Source: Lingula anatina
Lineage: Eukaryota > Animalia > Brachiopoda
Assembly: GCA_051362555.1 (NCBI GenBank)
Contig: CM120640.1
Coordinates: 17,298,001-17,362,000, forward strand
Direction of reading: 5' to 3'
DNA: 64,000 nucleotides
Within the stretch, counting starts at the first letter, position 1; each line of letters begins with the position of its first letter. Shown here one piece after another: positions 38,183-48,700 of this stretch. Position numbers and translations under genes: made by a program. Under the pieces are notes generated by a model, which was given only the letters and a program-made list of their open reading frames with translations, was not told the origin of the DNA and made no database searches.

Positions 38183-40491
38183 ATGGCATATGATTATCAA
38201 GAAGGACTGCCTAATGAAGCCAAGACTCGATACAAAATGAAGTTAAACCTGGTTGGGATCAATCAGTGCCCCTACAAAGAACCTGCTGACAAGTGGACTA
38301 ATGACATGAAGGAGTGGCCAGCTACATATTATGGAGATATATATCATTATTTGATCAAATCTCCTCGTAAGTAAAAATCTTTGAGTAAATATAGAGATTT
38401 CCATTGTTGTTTCATATAAGCAGAAATGAAAAGTGTTTTCATGAAAATGACCTCAGCCTGCCTTTATTTTCCAAGTGTTAATAGAATGTGTTAGTGTCCA
38501 GTCTTATATATGGTTAAAAAATTAAACCAGGTTCGGAAGATCATGTCAGCTTATTCAAACAGTGGAACACCTTTACAATTTTCACATCTACTTAATCAGA
38601 AATTTTTATTTATTTCTTTTTTCATCTTGTTGACAGGTCTGTATTCCCCAGAAGCAATGGAAAACTACAAGTCTTTGGATGCCCATGTTTTTTTCACCTC
38701 TGGCTGGGTACAGACTGTGTATCATTACAAGACAAGTAGAGGGGATTTTATCCTAAAAGCAGATGTGAAACCTTCATGGCGTGTGACAGAGGAGCCACAT
38801 CACCCATGGGTGGCCTTGAGCAAAGATGGAAAAGTTCTTACTGCACACTGCGATTGCATGGCAGGGTAATTATCTTTTTCAGTAGTGATTCTTGCAATTG
38901 CATGGCAGGGTAAATAGTTAGTTAATCTTAAACTAATCTTAAACTGTGCAATGCACTCTTTAGCCTTTAAAAATATTAAATATTGAAAATAAAATTTAGA
39001 TGGTTATGAAAATGCACATTTCCTCCATCTGGAGAGTAACCTGTACAAATTATGAACATTTGCTCTTTATTTTTTAGTTTGGGAGAGACATGTTCTCACA
39101 TTGGAGCAGTGTTATACAAGGTGGAAGCCGCAGTTAGACTAGGTTTCACAACCTCTGCCTGCACTGATTTACCTTGCCAGTGGAATGAGTGTTATGTAAA
39201 AGATGTTGAACCAGCTCCCATTGCATCTATAAAGTTCTATAGTGAAAAAGCTAAGAAAAAGCTCAGGGAGAGCACCAGAGTCCACAGGGAATTGCCGAGG
39301 CCAGCCACTGATGAGGAACAACACAGATTCCTACAGTCTATTAAACATCTAGGGACTGCTGTAGTAGGACTAAGTGCCTGGAGTGATTACAACGAGGCCT
39401 TTATAGAAGACAATTCTGATGATTTAGCCCCTGTATCCATGGTTCCAGACAATCTGAGAACTCTCTATGAGGAAAAGTATACAACCATTAGCAAGGCAGA
39501 TATGGTTGATCTGTGTAATGACATTTATAGAAAACATACCATAACCCCTGAGGAAATTAAAAGTGTTGAAGAGAAAACCAGGTTGCAATCCTCATCCTCG
39601 GCCTGGCATGAAGTAAGGACTGGAAGAATAACTGCATCTGTTGCTGGTGACATTATGCAGACAAGCATTGCCAAGCCATCCTCTACACTGCTACAGAAAA
39701 TTTGCAACCCATCTGACCAGCCTCTTAGAGTACCTGCTATTGAGTGGGGGAGGGAAAATGAGGAAAATGCATATGAGCTGTATAGGCATGTCGTTCAAGA
39801 AGATCCGCGCAAGCCAAAGCTGTGCCCATCAGGAAATGTATATGTGGCAGACCATGTTGGGCTTCAACATTCTGAGGCCCAATTAGCAAAGTCAGGATTG
39901 CTGTTATCACCAAACAAACCACATTTTGGTGCATCACCAGATGGAATCATCACATGTTTATGTTGCGGACTTGGTGCTCTTGAAATTAAATGCCCTTTCA
40001 GCTGTCGCGAGAAAACCATGGAGGACAACGTATCCAAGGAGAATTTTTGTCTGGATGATACATTTTCTCTCAAAAAAAAACACAAGTACTATGCCCAAGT
40101 ACAGCTTCAGATGTACGTGGCTGATGCCCAGTATGTTGACCTCGTTGTTTGGACCCCTGTGGATTGTGTGATTACGAGGGTAATAAGGGATGACCCTTTC
40201 ATCACAGACATGGCAACCAAACTGGATACTTTTTGGCTCCATTGTGTCCTGCCAGAATTGTTGACCCGGCAGTTGGAAAATGCTTCAGCAAATAGTCAAT
40301 CATCAACTGTGGGCAACAATTCCAAGGTTTATTGTCTTTGCAGGTCACCCAGCGAAGAAGAACCCATGGTTGGTTGCGATGCCTGTGATGAATGGTTCCA
40401 TATCAGGTGTCTTAAATTAAAACGTGTGCCAAGGTCTAGAGTTTGGTATTGTAAAAGTTGCAGAAACAAAAAGAGACAAAAAAAGCAGTAA
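38183..40491 (+). CDS. Transposon SWIM-zinc finger / YqaJ (lambda-like) exonuclease / PHD finger protein
   Basis: Exons 38183-38366, 38637-38865 and 39078-40491 join in frame. SWIM: HCDCMAGLGETCSH. YqaJ: WHEVRTGRITAS, WGRENE, GASPDG, LEIKCP, YYAQVQLQM. PHD: YCLC..MVGCDACDEWFHIRC..WYCKSC. Confidence 0.92.
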
Positions 40492-40885
40492 GTTAGATTG
40501 AAAAGTTTTGATTGGTGTCTGATAAAACCATTGATTAGATTCAAGCCTTGTGTTTAGTATCTTGTGATGAAGTACAGTTGGAATTTGTTGATTTCAGTAT
40601 ATATAGTTTCATATCAGGTGTCTTATATTAAAATTGAAATGTGTGCCAAGGTCTAGAGTTGTAAAAGGCGCAGAAGCGAAAAAGACAAAAAAGTAGTAAG
40701 TTTTATTGAAAAGTTCAGTGTTTAGATTAGTTTCTGATAAGATGATCGAGTTGGAATTTGTTGATCTCAGTATATATAGTTTCATATCAGGTGTCTTAAA
40801 TTAAAATTGAAATGTGTGCCAGGGTCTAGAGTTGTAAAAGGTGCAGAAGCAAAAAGAGACAAAAAATGTAGTAAGATTTATTGAT
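40397..40885 (+). repeat. Three tandem copies of the PHD-coding 3' end plus adjacent 3' UTR
   Basis: atatcaggtgtctta..gtgtgccaaggtctagagtt..gtaaaag..gcagaa..aagagacaaaaaa..gtaag at about 40400, 40611 and 40784. Confidence 0.85.
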
Positions 40886-40906
40886 GTTTTATTGAAGTGT
40901 TAAGTT

Positions 40907-41040
40907 TGGTTTCCAGTAAGGCCATTGATGATGTAGGTTACAGTTCTTTATTTCAGTTATATAGACCTCCAATATAGGTTTCCAATAAGGCCACTGATGA
41001 TGTAGGTTACAGTTCTTTATTTCAGTTATATAGACCTCCG
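40907..41040. repeat. 69-bp direct tandem duplication
   Basis: ggtttcca.taaggcca.tgatgatgtaggttacagttctttatttcagttatatagacctcc occurs twice. Confidence 0.9.
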
Positions 41041-41505
41041 GCCTTGCATTACAATTGTTCTTACATAACACTTTTTCCTTTAGAACAATAACAGAAGAAA
41101 TAATAGATGACTGCATGGTGCATTTAAACTTAAATAAAATTTATATTACAGTAGTAGTAAGCTGTAGTCTTCTTTTTTTGCATTTATCTGCGTAACACAA
41201 GAGTTTCTTTTGTACCCAAGGATCTTATAAATAAATCCTTCTTACTCACATTTCAATTGCAAAAGTTCTCTAACCATTTGATTCTAAATGTTAAATTAGT
41301 GGATAACCTGAATAATATTTAAAAATACACATTTTGACCAGCCAATTTTATTAATAAGTCCCTCTATTGAAATGACAATGCAATTTTAAATCTGTACAGC
41401 TACAACAACTTTTTGACAGTATTATTAATATAAATATAAAATACAAGTAAAATGAAATCACTGAACCAAAACCAACCCTGGGCCTGCACAAACTGACATT
41501 ACTTC

Positions 41506-43920
41506 TTAAACAATGCCAGGTCCCAAATTGGATAAAACAGCACACACTGTAATTATTTTATCTGCACTTGATATGGCCATGTCCTCACTCTCATCTTTCA
41601 TGCTTTGCACACACCGTAGTGGTAATGTGCCCTTTAAAATAGTGAACCTGTTTTTTAACAAACCAATTACTCTTTCAACATGTATCCTGACTGAGGAAAC
41701 ACTTCTCGACTTTTCAACATCTCTAGCAGATAATTGCTTCTGTCCTTTTGTAAACGAGGGACTTAAAAGGTGACAACCACACTTAGATGCAAAATCATCT
41801 TGCAACAAAAAACCCCTGTCAGCAAGAATCTGATCTCCAGGAAGATGATATTTGCTGCTAATGAAATCTGAGTCACGGACAATTTTAATATCAGATGCTC
41901 TACCACCCCAGGCTTTGGATATAAAGTTCACAGAACCACGTGGGTTACAAGAAATAAAAAATTTCATAGTAGTGTGCTTTTTGTAGTTACTATAAACCTG
42001 GGCACGTGCTAGTAGATTTTTGGGGGATTCAATAAACACTTCGAAACAGTCTATAATTGAGGTTAAACGTGGGAACTTCTTCTTAAACACTGATGGCAGT
42101 GTTTTAAACATGTTATCTCTATCACTCCATTTTACCATGAATCCTAGTTTACTGTACATCTCATCCATTAACCTCCAAAAAGTGTCAATGAAAGTTGATT
42201 TTGGTATGCCCTTGACATGTGCCAGAAACTCAAATGTTAAATTATGTCGCAACTTTACTAGTGTCAAAAACAACTGTTCTTTTAGAGGAAGACTAGAACC
42301 TGGTTGTAAAAATGGACTTAGAAAAGTCAAAATCTGCATGAACATAGTCCAAGAAATACCAGTCATCATCTGGCAAGCACTGTCGTTACCTTCGACAGAG
42401 GATGTGGAGAATGAAGTTAGGGTAAGTAGTTTCTCCATGCTCTGGATCCGTGCATGAGCATCATCTCTCTCCCTTCTCAGATTCTCAATTTCCAAGTATA
42501 ACTCATCTCTTCCCATTTCGCTCAGTGGCTTATCTATGAGCTTGGCCTCATCCTGGACAGGTCCTGAAAAAACAGTTGTATTGAGAGATTAAGTGAGATT
42601 ATAGTGTAAATTACTGGATTTAAAAAAATCATATTGTATAAAAATACTTCATCTTGAATCAAATGATATATACACTAATTCTATGCTTTGTGGCATCTGG
42701 GTCATAATAAATAATTTATTCAGCTTTAAGTGTTATAATTTAACATTGTTCCCTGTTTAAGCTTCTTCTGACACTTCCCTATTATGCTTATTCATAATCA
42801 AGGATTAATTAAAGTATAAAATATCTATCAAGGCCAAAAGATAATATATGTAATGGGTGCTTATTCATTGTGCTGTTAACTGAATATATTCTGACACTGC
42901 AATATGGTGTCATTCACATACCTTCTTCAGAAGTAGGCATGCTGGTTGAGGTATCATCTTCAGACTGGTCGCATTCTGTTAGCTCTTCTTTACAGCTCTT
43001 CTTTCGCCTTGTGTCAATAACTAGAAGGAAACATCACAAGTCAAAAGGGAGTTACTGTAAGAGTATATTTGATAATAAAGTTTGGTATAGAAATGCAGGT
43101 AAAATTCAAACATAGCAGTAATGTCCAATAAATACTAAAACAGGAATAAATTTGCATCAGCAGAAATTCTAAACCATTGATAATACACCTAAGAGAAAGT
43201 TTCACTCATATGCCGCCCTGTACAGCTAGAACAAGTAGAATTGCCTCAATATTCAAATTTAATAGATTTATGTATATTAACTATGATATATTGAATATGT
43301 ACCTGGTGTATCTGAGCTTCTTTTTGTCGCACGTGAATAACGTCCCATGATTGATGCAGACTTTTCATCAGTCTTTACTTTGTGGGGAAATAATGTAGGG
43401 ATGTAATCTGGGTGGCTGGCATCTCGAGCTTTCACTCCTGAGAAGAAAAAAAAAACTTATTTTAAGTATAATTTTGATTACAATATATAAGCATTAAAGC
43501 AAAAACCATCAATGAAGCCCCACACTTCATATTTGAGGAAGCATTACATGTTCTAATTACTTTGGTCTCAACGCTCCATCCCTTTTACTTTTAATACAGA
43601 TATAGGTACTGTATATAGATGTATATTAACATACATTTATAATGATTATCAATATAACTCTCTTAATCAAATACCAAACAATGTTAATTTACATTCTCCT
43701 TACCTGTTATGAAATGAGCTGAACAGACATACACATGTCTAGAACTAGGGGACCACATCTTGTTGTGATCGACAACCCCGTCTTCTGTGACATAAGCACG
43801 ACCTATGGCTTGTAACCATTTTTCTTTTCTCTCTTCATCTTTAGGAATTACAAAAAATTTCCTTTCTGGGTTTTTTACACTGTTGGCAGTGCAATCTGGT
43901 ACACAGCAAGCTTTCACCAT
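41506..43920 (-). CDS. THAP + HTH + DDE_Tnp_4 (HARBI1-like) transposase
   Basis: Exons 43920-43704, 43437-43303, 43020-42922 and 42563-41506 are in frame. THAP: MVKACCVPDC..W..VCSAHF..HPDYIPTLFP. HTH: EQLFLTLVKLRHN. DDE: IIDCFEV, YSNYKKHTT, LADRGF, RIHVERVIG. Confidence 0.93.
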
Positions 43921-44184
43921 CGTTAATGTGTGATTGAGTTAAAGATAAACATTGTACGGACCCTTTTATACCAGTAAATCTATACCAAACCAAATCTTAC
44001 CTGTCACATTTAGCAGCAGTGCAATGTCAACTGTAATTAGTACAACTGGCACCTACCTAGATAAAATCAATCGCTTCCTGAGGGTGTTCTATTTGGGGAG
44101 GTGTGAATCTTAGGCTCATCCAGGTACGCATAGTGTCTTTGTAATTTACTGCTGTCAGATTCCTATCAGAGATAACGATCGGCG

Positions 44185-44430
44185 GTTAAGGTCGATTTTA
44201 TCTCTTAACCAGGTGAGCAGCGGCTAATTGCACAGGCCATCAAAGGAAAACAACCAGGTAAATAGCTTATCCTCACTGACACAAGTGGTCAAGCTCTGTG
44301 AAGTGTGACATGATCGGACAAAGTCTGCCGATATTTACACACAAGCCAATGCGATCCGCCATGTTTTCCCGCATTGTTTTACCCCAGATGCCAGTTGCCA
44401 AGGACGTGTGACGTCAGCCCGACTGTCCCT
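44185..44430 (-). repeat. Right terminal inverted repeat
   Basis: Reverse complement of the left TIR, with a core at 44210-44400. Confidence 0.92.
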
Positions 44431-45792
44431 ATCGACAATTTAAACAACTTCAAGAAAGAAGGGGCTTGTTTTTGAACAAAAGCTGTATTAAAGTTATAAA
44501 GTTTGAACATAATAAGCAGTATACATGTACATGTTTTTCCTTTTATTTATTACTAGTAGTAGTCGAGAAGGCACATGAGATGGTGACGACGGACGCAGGC
44601 TAAATGTACATGTCCAGAAACACCATGTTTGGCCATGATATAATAACTCATTAAACGATTATGCCTCAGTCCGAGACCCACAGTCAACCAGCACCTAACA
44701 TCAATTAAATACATAATGAATGTTTTGACAGAATAAATATTTCATACCCCTCCCCCCCCCCCCAAAAAAAAAAATAAAAAATAATAAAACAGGTAGTAAA
44801 CAGAAAACCTACATTACATAGACCTTCAGTAGTTGCAACTCAAAAAATATAAAAGGACACAAAAGTCACTCCACATTTCTTTAAGGAACCAACCACAAAT
44901 CCAAAGCCCACCCTACTGGTACATCAACACATTGGCCTTTTGGGAAGTTGTTACTAATACACATAAATAGCTGCACTCAAAAAATACATTGTTCTGGAAA
45001 GTTATGCCACAAACCACAATTTGCTGTTTGTCTGAATGTTGAGTAAACTTTGTAGGACACATCATCATCATATGCATCTGTGGTGGATGGCCATTGGAAA
45101 TATTTCACTTTCTATGTTGGTTCTCAGTGCTAGATCTAGCTGTCAGCTCATAATAGTTTTATGTATCTCTTGATTTCCACAACTAATGTTCCTTTGCAAT
45201 GTTTCTAGGTAAATCTTTATTATCTTTTATTGTGGCTGGAAGTAAAAAGCTTCACAAGACTATTTTAAACACTATGAAACAATCCTGCCTCTGTAACACT
45301 GTACATTGTGTCATTATATTCATTCCACTATGAAGCAAGATGGTTCAGACCATGTATTTCAAGGAATAATGCTTTATATTTGCAAATACTACAGCTTTTC
45401 TTATTAAAATGTGAAAATGACAAAACTATTCTTTCTTCTGTCCTCGTCACAAGGAGACAAGAAGCTTCGTATATCATAATACATTCAGAATTAATACTGT
45501 ATTCTTGGCTTAGAGGCTATTTTTGGTATATAAGGTGAATAATAACTAACAATAACAATAAACTATATAATACTGATACATGATGTTTTTAAACTTTAAA
45601 AGTTTCACCACACTCAGTGGACTAGATGCTGTAAATGCACTTCTGCACATAACTGTTAAGAAATTATTTATATAAATATTGAACACAAATATCAATATAT
45701 TGCAACACAAAATCCATTCTATCACTGCATGTGGGGAATGTTCGATGAGCACCTTTAACATAAAATTGATGTCTAACAGAATTGGATGTCGA

Positions 45793-48700
45793 TTATTTTG
45801 TAAATAATTCTTGCTCTGGTGGTTTAACAACCCAACTGCCCCACCCACCAGCTTGCAAGTAATGGTAGAAAACTTGCTTGGCTTGCTGGTAGCTTTGAGC
45901 CGATAATTTGGCATCCCTGTAAGTGTTCACTTTGAGTAAATGATGCTTTTTGGCCATTTTTGCTATTTCCTTGTATCTGTGGAAAAATCCTGCCTTGCAC
46001 ATTCTGCTAGCTAGAGTTGCTCCTGTCTTGAATGGTGAGCTGCAAAAAGAAAAGTTCTGCATGTTATGAGGCATAATTCTCCACTTGTAAAATATAAAAT
46101 AATTCTTAATAACCCATTAATAATAACTTAATGACAAATATATTGAAAATGTGAAGCAAGTTGAACTTCATACAAAATTTAAAAAGTAAAGCTTTACTTC
46201 CCTTTTGCAGCCAGCAATTAACTTAACATTTTTAAAAAATCTAATTTTTTTTAAATTCAAATTAAATTAAAGGCTTCTAACATACATGAATATATGTATG
46301 CCTGTACACCTAAACTATAATATCCAAGAGAAACAGAGACCCTTCTAACCTCGGTATTTCCTTTCCAGACCTGGCATCTATAATTTCCACTTTCTCATCC
46401 CCCTGGCACCAGTTTGTGCTGAGTATTGACATCTTGGGGTTGGCATGGCGGAGTGTTTGGCAGTGAGTAGTGCGACCTATATAAGGGTGGTTGACACAAT
46501 AACCCTCTGGGAGATCTCTGATGATGCCCTCCAGCCGGCAACAAAAGGCTCTGGTGGCATGACCATGGTCATAGAGATTACCTGGAAAATATGATTTTAA
46601 TCATAATAACACTTAAAACCAAGAAAATGAGAATGGAGCTAATGGCTAACAGTTAATATGTAAAGGAAGAGCAATATCCTATAAAAAACTCCTTTCACAT
46701 TCTTCATTCAAACTTACTTCCCTTCATTTATATAGTCTTGTCTCACCAAACGCTCACCTAATGTAACTGAAGAGATATACACTGGTTCAAGAAAGTTAGA
46801 AAACAGAGCTCCTTGCAAGCCTAGAACATTCCACTTCAATATCTTGTCACTACAGGACATGCTCCTCAGTCTCTGCTGCCCACTCTTTATACCATCCCAA
46901 GTCTGGGTAGTTAGCTGGTCCTTCTCTGTGGGGATGGTACCTTCTCCTACAAACAGAGTGGTTCATTTATGTGTATTGAAAAGTTGAAAATTAATCAATC
47001 TGAATTACTGAATCTATCCTTTTTCTCTCTTAACAACAAGGTAAGCAATTTAATACAAATAAGTACTTCTTGTCTTAAATCTTTTTTTTTTTTAACCTAA
47101 AATCACTTAAAATTGTACCTCCTTCAATTTTTGTTCTTGCCACCCCATGGTCACTAGTTTCAAATGTTGGGTAATGGGCACCACTCTGTATTAATTCCCA
47201 TTCTTCATGTGATAAGGGAGGGGGTGTCCCAGACCTAAAATTTAAAAGTAGTAAGCAAACTAAACTACATCAAATTTACATACCTTAAAATCATTCCACT
47301 ATAATTCCCTTCTTTAAAATCATCTTTTCATTTCTTAAGAAGAAGAAGAAATGAAGCATTTGCACATTTATTATTTCACATTTATCTTACCTCACTTGCA
47401 AATTAGTTGTAGGCAAAGAAAAGGCAAAAAGCTTTTACCAATTAACAGAAAAAACTGGATTATGCCCTTTTGCAACAAATTCCTTGATCTTTACCTTGCA
47501 GAGAATAAAGCAGCATCTCCACAAGGTGCTGTGCTGATGTAGAGGTGTATTGTTATGTAGTCCTTCAGAGTCAGCAGTGGTGCACCTTTGTATCTTTCTT
47601 CAAATATGGAATGTACTGTGTTCCCCTCATAAAATGACTTCAGCTCTCTGTGGAAGTACCTGGTGTGATGGAATTGGGAACATTTCAGCATTCAGCCAAC
47701 TGTTTAATAATGCATTTAGACAATACGATCATAATAAATACCAGCAAGCTTAATTTTGTGATATATACCTTACCTTTATCCACAAAGCTATCAAAATAAT
47801 CATTATTACAAATTTAAGTTTTCCTTGTTATTTGGCAATAAATATTTACAACATTAATGCAAATAAAAGCATTTAAAACTAACACTTACCTTACAAGAGC
47901 TCTTCTGGCAATGATCTCTGCATGGCTATCATTGACTGTTCTTCCATCAGCACTAAGCTGTTCTCCAGTGATGGATAAACTTCCTGTGCCCAATGCTACA
48001 ACCTGGCCACTGTCTGCTTCACCTTGAATGTGAAGGTTGAAACATATTTTTACTGTCACACCTGGTGCTTTCTCATTCTGAATAATAACAGTAATAATAA
48101 TAATAACAACAACAGCAAATGGTATTTTGAACTAAATAAAAAATGCATGTCCCACAGTTTCAATATCTTACACTGATTATAAGTAACAATATAATAATCC
48201 TACAACGTTTTAATATCGTTGATTTTAAAACCTACTCTCCATCTCTTTAAAGTGGTTCTTGTAAGGAACTCTTTAAACAATGAAGCACTCAGTTACATCT
48301 TGCAACTACCGCAATAACTTACCTCGTTTGACCACAAATGCTGCCACAACTTTATTTCCTTCCTCTAGTTCTGGCAAAGAAGCTGTTAATTTGTGTAGCT
48401 GTTGATGACTCATACTGGCCATTTTATCATAGTGGGTTAGCTCTGCTTCCACTTCTTCTGGCTGAAAACAGTTCTTGTATAATTGTTCACAAACATTTTG
48501 ATTGAAGGGACTATAACTATTCATATGAGATTCAAAATTTCACAATAAATACATTATAAGCAACACATGGAAATGTAATAAATTCCATTTTACCATGAAA
48601 ACAGTGGTTATTGCAATTATCCTGAAATCTCTGCTTGCCAATGGACCACATGGACCTTCTAGATGGCTACCTGCTGTAATAATCTCTTAAGATTCCACAA

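Larger units (their letters stand above)
37144..44430. mobile_element. Autonomous ISL2EU-type (PIF/Harbinger group) DNA transposon, 7287 bp
   Basis: Termini AGGGACAGTCGG and CCGACTGTCCCT, flanked by AT (37142-43, 44431-32). Long TIRs at ~37144-37390 and ~44185-44430. Encodes a THAP-DDE transposase plus a YqaJ exonuclease, the gene pair and AT target typical of ISL2EU. Confidence 0.93.

Noticed and set aside
39052-40491. YqaJ ORF as a phage or viral insertion or contamination
   Set aside because: It has spliceosomal introns and a PHD finger, and lies within TIRs alongside a DDE transposase.
40907-41040. TGATGA-containing repeat as C/D snoRNA
   Set aside because: No properly placed D box or terminal stem; it is a simple duplication.
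42020-42457. 145-aa + strand ORF
   Set aside because: Antisense shadow of the transposase with no recognisable motifs. The same applies to 49865-50353 over the ADAD-like exon.
41506-43920. Domesticated HARBI1/THAP host gene
   Set aside because: Intact TIRs and TSD indicate a transposon copy.
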